Below, piece after piece: positions 8,634 to 13,182 of a DNA stretch of 13,182 nt. Made by a program: the position numbers and the translations under genes. Origin of the DNA: Sulfurimonadaceae bacterium (lineage in GTDB: Bacteria; Campylobacterota; Campylobacteria; Campylobacterales; Sulfurimonadaceae); contig JBFESZ010000056.1 in NCBI GenBank assembly GCA_041548245.1, positions 1 to 13,182 on the forward strand, read 5' to 3'. A model generated the notes under the pieces. The model was not told the DNA's origin and did no database searches. It worked only from the letters and a program-made list of their open reading frames with translations. The first letter of the stretch is position 1; each line of letters begins with the position of its first letter.

Positions 8634-9227
8634 ATGAATGAAGTGATATGTTGCTCTGGATGCGGATTGTTGATGGAAGATGATGCCGATGCAAAGCAGA
8701 TTTTTTGCCCGCGTTGTCAAAGCTCTGTGCGGAAATTGCCACGCGATATAGAGAGTGATCTGGGTTTGGCAATCGCAGCGTTGATTGTATTTTTTCCGGC
8801 TATGCTGTTGCCAATTATGAGTTTTCAGCTTGGTGAATCTGCTCAAACCGACACCATGTTAAGTGCACTTTATTATTTCTATTATGACGGATATCCTGTA
8901 TTGAGTGTCCTTGTGTTTTTTACTTCTGTTTTTGCTCCATTTGTGCAGATTATCGTTTCGATTTTGATGTTTTCATCACTGATCAGAAAGAAAAAGCCTA
9001 GATGGATGAAGTTCTATTTCAAAACCTTGATAAGGATACGTCATTGGGCTATGCTTGATGTGTATATTATTGCTATTTTGGTCTCTACAGTAAAATTAAG
9101 CGCGACGGCAGAGGTTGTTTTCGGACCTGGTATGGTTATGTTTGTCAGCTTATTGATTTTTACTTTTATGTTGGGAAGCAGTTTTAATTCACGACAGATA
9201 TGGAGGGCTTTCCACCATGCTTACTGA
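8634..9227 (+). CDS. pqiA: PqiA/LetA (YebS) family membrane protein, N-terminal-half type (197 aa)
   Basis: Zinc ribbon CSGC...CPRC, several transmembrane helices, and WAMLDVY...VKL. Start moved from TTG 8607 (inside the promoter) to ATG 8634. Confidence 0.88.
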   Translation: MNEVICCSGCGLLMEDDADAKQIFCPRCQSSVRKLPRDIESDLGLAIAALIVFFPAMLLPIMSFQLGESAQTDTMLSALYYFYYDGYPVLSVLVFFTSVFAPFVQIIVSILMFSSLIRKKKPRWMKFYFKTLIRIRHWAMLDVYIIAILVSTVKLSATAEVVFGPGMVMFVSLLIFTFMLGSSFNSRQIWRAFHHAY

Positions 9228-9837
9228 TAAATCTGCCAATGTTTCTCTTTGTCTTGACTGTAAAAATATTGCATCCTCAAACCTGTCGAGATGCCCTGTC
9301 TGTAACGAGCCTTTACATCAGAGAAAGCGCGATTCGTTTGTAAGGACACTGGCCCTTTCTCTAGCAGCTATCTGTTTTTTTATCCCAGCGAACTATTTTC
9401 CTATCATGAAAACGGATACCGTCACAACATTTGAAAACAATACAATATTAGACGGGATCTTCTATTTTTATGAGCATGGAGAGTTTTTTGTCGGTACGGT
9501 TATATTTATTGCAAGTATCTTTATTCCCGTGTGGAAACTTTTTGTTCTTTTTTTCTTACTCTATTCTGTACATGTACATTCAAAATGGAGACTTCTTGAA
9601 AAACACAAACTTTTCAAAATTGTCTATATTATAGGAAAATGGTCCATGCTGGATATATTTGTCATCGGTCTTATGATATCACTTGTACAGTTTGGTGAAC
9701 TTGCACAGGTAACGACAGGTTTTGCAGCAATATCTTTTGCTACAATGGTAGTTTTAACAATTATGGCTACCAATAGTTTCGATACACGTCTCTTATGGGA
9801 TCAGCACACAGACAAGGTGAATGATGAACAGTTATGA
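9217..9837 (+). CDS. pqiA: PqiA/LetA (YebS) family membrane protein, C-terminal-half type (206 aa)
   Basis: Zinc ribbon CLDC...CPVC, IPANYFPIM, NTILDGI, FIASIFIP.WK, GKWSMLDIFV and FDTRLLWD. GGAGG RBS at 9202-9206. Confidence 0.9.
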   Translation: MLTDKSANVSLCLDCKNIASSNLSRCPVCNEPLHQRKRDSFVRTLALSLAAICFFIPANYFPIMKTDTVTTFENNTILDGIFYFYEHGEFFVGTVIFIASIFIPVWKLFVLFFLLYSVHVHSKWRLLEKHKLFKIVYIIGKWSMLDIFVIGLMISLVQFGELAQVTTGFAAISFATMVVLTIMATNSFDTRLLWDQHTDKVNDEQL

Positions 9838-12517
9838 TGAATTGGCAGTAGGCAAAAAAGGCCGGGGCATATCTCTAATTTGGATAGCTCCAATACTTGC
9901 CGTCTTGATCACGGCAGGGATGATCTGGAAAAACTATGTCGATGCAGGCACACGTATTACAATTGTGATAGAGAACGGTGATGGGATCAGAGAGGGAAAA
10001 ACACCGATTATGTACAAGGGTATTAAGGTGGGTGTTGTTGAAGAGATAAGCATCAAAGAGGATGATGTATCAAAGATCGAACTTACCGTAATGATAGACA
10101 AAAAAGCAGCTGAAGGTATTGCAAGGAAAGGAAACAAGTTCTGGAAAGTCGAACCAAAGGTCAGTATTACAGAGGTCTCTGGTCTGGGAACTATCATCAC
10201 AGGTGTATATATCGCAGTGATGCCTGCAGCAAACAATAAAGAAGAACTGTATGCCTTACCTTATGAAGACAATTTTGTCGCACTTACCTCTGTCCCGGTT
10301 GATGTGTTTGACCCAGGTCTTTTAGTGATCGTAAATAGTGTGGATAAGGGTGATATGGCTATAGGCGCACCTGTTTTATACAATAAGCAGGTAATTGGCA
10401 AGATAGAGGATAAAAAACTCTCTTCTGACAAGAAAAGTACAGATCTTTTTCTTCGCATAGATACAGAATATATGGACCTTGTACATGAAAGATCGCTTTT
10501 CTATAAAGCCAACGCAATAGACGTGCAGGCAACTCTTTCGAGCGTAAAGGTTCAAATGGGTTCTTTTGCAAGCTTTATCGCCGGAGGTATTGTATTGCAT
10601 AATTCAGAAGATTCGTTTGCTTCGTCACAGGCGAGAGAAAAAACACTCTACCACCTGTATGGCAACTATGAAGAGACCATGCAAAATCAGGATGAAATCA
10701 TTTTGAGTATGGAAGGATACAGCAGATTAGAGCCTGGCAGTACCAAAGTGTTTTATAAAGGTGTTGAAGCCGGTCTTGTCGAAGAGTTGCAACATGACCC
10801 TGCCAAAGCAAAGACCCTTGTCAAGATCAAACTTTATAATGATTTTAGAAAGCTTGCAAATGAAAAGGCTTTTTTTTGGGTAGTGAGTCCGAAACTAGGG
10901 TTTGACAAGGTCGACGGTTTGGATGCAGTTTTAAGAGGTAATTATATAAACTACATTACGACAGATATCAAAGCAAAGGCAAGCAACAACTTTGTATTAC
11001 ATGAGCAGAGACCAGGTATTGAAGGCGTACATCTAAAATTGATTGCTAAGGAGATAAAAAGTCTGAAAGAGGGCAGCGGAGTCTTTTATCACGGCATTGA
11101 AATCGGTCAGGTTGTAAGCTATTGTATCAATGAAGATAAAAAGAGTTTTACAGTGGATGTAAGTATTGAGCAAAAGTATAAAGATCTTTTGAACACCTCA
11201 TCCCTGTTTTATCATAAAAGCGGTATTGAGATTAAGGCTGGTGTTGACGGTGTAAACCTCAGCACAGGTGGTCTTGAAAGCGTTTTAAGAGGCGGATTGG
11301 CTGTCGAAACACCTGACTTTAAAGCGGAAAAAAGCCTGAAGGATAGCTACTTTCTCCATACTGATTATGAACAACTGCAAGAGCAGCTCTACTTAAACAA
11401 AGAGGGGATTTATATTACTTTGATAGCAGATCAGATGGGTTCGCTTAAAAAAGGGTCTCCTGTTTATTATAAGCAGATCAAAGTAGGCAGGGTTCTTTCT
11501 TTTGAATGGAATGAAAAAACAAAACAAGTTTTTTTCAACACATTTATTACCAAAGAGTATGCCAATGAAGTTCATAACAACTCTCTGTTCTATATTGCCA
11601 GTGGCATAGACGCCAAATTCGGTTTGGACGGATTAGAGATAAATACCGAATCTTTAGAGACAGTTATTACAGGTGGTATAGCATTCTATACACCGATGTC
11701 GCAAGAAGGCAAAGCAGTACGTAATCATGAACAGTTTAAGCTTTATGAGACTAAGTCCAAGGCAATGAACAAGTATGTTGATATAGTCCTTTATAGTACT
11801 GATTCGCATGGACTTGTGGCAGGAAACCTTGTCATGTATAAAAGTGTCATTATTGGTCATGTCAGTGATGTTAGACTGGAAAAGGATAAAGTTGAGCTTG
11901 ACGTCAAGGTCGAGAGTAAATATGCTTATTTGTTGAAAGAGGATACTCTGTTTTGGCCTGAAGCTTTTGAGATGAGTCTACAGGGTATTCAAAACTTCTC
12001 AGCCGCACTCAAAGGGACCTTTATAGTCCTGAAAGAAGGTGAATCAAAAAAGGATGAAGACTATTTTATACTTCTGTCAAAAAAACCCTCTTCTCATTTT
12101 AATGAACCCGGGCTTCGTGTTGTAGTTAAGGCAGATAGGCTCGGCAGTATAAAAGAAGACACTCCCCTATATTACAGACAGATCCAGATCGGCTCGGTCT
12201 CGCAATACCGCCTGAGTGATGACTCAACAGGTGTCGATATCGAGCTCTTTATTGAGCCATGTTATGCTTATCTCATTCGAAGTAACTCTTATTTTTATAA
12301 TGCTGGTGGCGTGGGCATGGAAGTGGATTTGTTCGGTGCGAAGCTTAAAACAGAGACTCTAGACAGTATTCTTACCGGCGGTATAGCAGTTCTGACCCCT
12401 AATGATTATGCTGAGCAAGCCAAAGAGTCACAACTTTTTATCCTACATGAGGATGTCGACAAAAACGCTCTTACCTGGTCTCCAAAGTTGAAAAGCAGCG
12501 ATCCTATGTGTCAGTGA
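9821..12517 (+). CDS. letB: LetB/YebT-like protein (PqiB family) with one transmembrane helix and seven tandem MCE (MlaD) domains
   Basis: ISLIWIAP transmembrane motif, then seven repeats of the G.PV.YKG..VG.V core (MYKGIKVG, LYNKQVIG, FYKGVEAG, FYHGIEIG, YYKQIKVG, MYKSVIIG, YYRQIQIG), each followed by an FW/FY segment and a GG/GxY motif. No C-terminal coiled coil. The start may be the second ATG (9824). Confidence 0.88.
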   Translation: MMNSYDELAVGKKGRGISLIWIAPILAVLITAGMIWKNYVDAGTRITIVIENGDGIREGKTPIMYKGIKVGVVEEISIKEDDVSKIELTVMIDKKAAEGIARKGNKFWKVEPKVSITEVSGLGTIITGVYIAVMPAANNKEELYALPYEDNFVALTSVPVDVFDPGLLVIVNSVDKGDMAIGAPVLYNKQVIGKIEDKKLSSDKKSTDLFLRIDTEYMDLVHERSLFYKANAIDVQATLSSVKVQMGSFASFIAGGIVLHNSEDSFASSQAREKTLYHLYGNYEETMQNQDEIILSMEGYSRLEPGSTKVFYKGVEAGLVEELQHDPAKAKTLVKIKLYNDFRKLANEKAFFWVVSPKLGFDKVDGLDAVLRGNYINYITTDIKAKASNNFVLHEQRPGIEGVHLKLIAKEIKSLKEGSGVFYHGIEIGQVVSYCINEDKKSFTVDVSIEQKYKDLLNTSSLFYHKSGIEIKAGVDGVNLSTGGLESVLRGGLAVETPDFKAEKSLKDSYFLHTDYEQLQEQLYLNKEGIYITLIADQMGSLKKGSPVYYKQIKVGRVLSFEWNEKTKQVFFNTFITKEYANEVHNNSLFYIASGIDAKFGLDGLEINTESLETVITGGIAFYTPMSQEGKAVRNHEQFKLYETKSKAMNKYVDIVLYSTDSHGLVAGNLVMYKSVIIGHVSDVRLEKDKVELDVKVESKYAYLLKEDTLFWPEAFEMSLQGIQNFSAALKGTFIVLKEGESKKDEDYFILLSKKPSSHFNEPGLRVVVKADRLGSIKEDTPLYYRQIQIGSVSQYRLSDDSTGVDIELFIEPCYAYLIRSNSYFYNAGGVGMEVDLFGAKLKTETLDSILTGGIAVLTPNDYAEQAKESQLFILHEDVDKNALTWSPKLKSSDPMCQ

Positions 12518-12519
12518 GA

Positions 12520-13182
12520 CTAATGCCTGTGACCACCAAGATAATAGCCGACCTTGTATCTCACCAGTGTTTTCTGTTGCGGTAGAGGATAGCGGTGATA
12601 AGAGTATTCGACTGTTTGTAGTGAAGTGTCATCAAGTATTTGGTGGCCCGAGGGAGAAATGGTTTTCAAACCGCTTATGTCACCATTGGGATGAAGATAG
12701 AACTCAATGATATTCATCGCGTTGACACGCAGATTTCTTGGAATGTTTACAGGTGCTAGCCGGTTAAGCTGCTCTTGTGTTATGCGGCGCATTCTCTCCT
12801 GATTGTCAATGATATACTTCTGTTCGCCTGCTGAGAGTTTTCCAAATGCCTCGCCATAAGCCTCTTTAAAGTCACTACCGATCTGAGTACCGTTGTTTGT
12901 TCTCTTTGTCGGTTCATTCTTTGTCATTTGTTTTTTAGATAGCATAGTGTACAGGGCGCTTTTTTTCGCAGGTTTTTTGGTTATATTGATATCTTTGCTT
13001 ACAAACTTATCAACCGTTTTTACGTAGGCTTTCTTGGATTTATTGGAAGCCGGTTGTATAAGCTCCGGCTTTTTGATGTTTTTTATCACAGCAGCTACTT
13101 TTTGGACTTCCTTTGATGGTGCCGTATTTTTTTCAGGAACCCTTTTCATCTGCTCCCCTTTTGGAATAGGAGGAGCTTTGAG
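12520..13182 (-). CDS. TonB C-terminal-domain (energy transducer TonB-like) protein, 5' end outside the window
   Basis: C-terminal IIEFYLHPNGDISGLK...SGHQILDDTSLQTVE...YPLP resembles TonB_C and follows a Lys/Pro-rich linker. The frame stays open upstream of 13149 (LKAPPIPKGEQM) to the window edge, so 13149 is probably not the true start. Confidence 0.75.
   Translation of the reverse strand, partial: LKAPPIPKGEQMKRVPEKNTAPSKEVQKVAAVIKNIKKPELIQPASNKSKKAYVKTVDKFVSKDINITKKPAKKSALYTMLSKKQMTKNEPTKRTNNGTQIGSDFKEAYGEAFGKLSAGEQKYIIDNQERMRRITQEQLNRLAPVNIPRNLRVNAMNIIEFYLHPNGDISGLKTISPSGHQILDDTSLQTVEYSYHRYPLPQQKTLVRYKVGYYLGGHRH

Noticed and set aside
9202..9227. Programmed +1 frameshift fusing the two LetA halves (GGAGGG followed by CTTTCC)
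   Set aside because: The in-frame codons (GCT TTC CAC) give no good slippery or re-pairing site and no adjacent stop. GGAGG is adequately explained as the RBS for ATG 9217.
10870..10877. T8 tract in letB and several T7/A7 tracts as phase-variation sites
   Set aside because: Short A/T runs are common in AT-rich coding DNA, the frames are intact, and there are no long poly-G/C tracts of the Campylobacter contingency type.
357..11860. Short antisense or alternate-frame ORFs in the track (for example 357-545, 2447-2662, 2985-3176, 4520-4750, 5211-5426, 8598-8846, 9934-10236, 11654-11860)
   Set aside because: They lie wholly or almost wholly within well-supported genes and have no recognisable motifs, as expected for shadow ORFs.
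9821..12517. Internal repetition in letB as a DNA repeat array or recent duplication
   Set aside because: Similarity is visible only at protein-motif level and is explained by the tandem MCE domains.
13149..13160. GGGGAG upstream of ATG 13149 as a true start of the last ORF
   Set aside because: The spacing is only 3 nt, the frame is open to the window edge, and the product would lack the N-terminal membrane anchor expected for a TonB-like protein.
1..13182. CRISPR arrays, tRNA/rRNA, IS or integrase genes, toxin-antitoxin or defence systems
   Set aside because: Nearly all of the sequence is accounted for by recognisable CDSs, the largest gap is about 90 bp, and I saw no such signatures by eye.

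Overview
A 13.2-kb, almost fully coding chromosomal segment, most likely from a Campylobacterota bacterium (Sulfurimonas/Sulfurovum-like; inferred from gene order and protein style). The left part (1-7214, minus strand) is a tightly packed housekeeping run: folD - lepB - site-2 protease - rpiB - membrane coiled-coil protein - apt - trpB - pepA - YdcF/DUF218 - ychF (partial). It follows the order known from Helicobacter, except that trpB sits where dedA usually is and a DUF218 gene precedes ychF. Divergently on the plus strand are a monoheme cytochrome c and an orphan CitE-like lyase. After these comes the most distinctive module: a LetAB-type lipid transport system made of two half-size PqiA/LetA genes and a 7-MCE-domain LetB. 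It has its own near-consensus sigma70 promoter, positioned to give a leaderless mRNA and overlapped by an operator-like repeat. The window ends in a convergent, 5'-truncated TonB-C-like gene. I found no mobile element, CRISPR, RNA gene or defence system. I cannot support a claim of a wholly new system; the best leads are variants of known ones.
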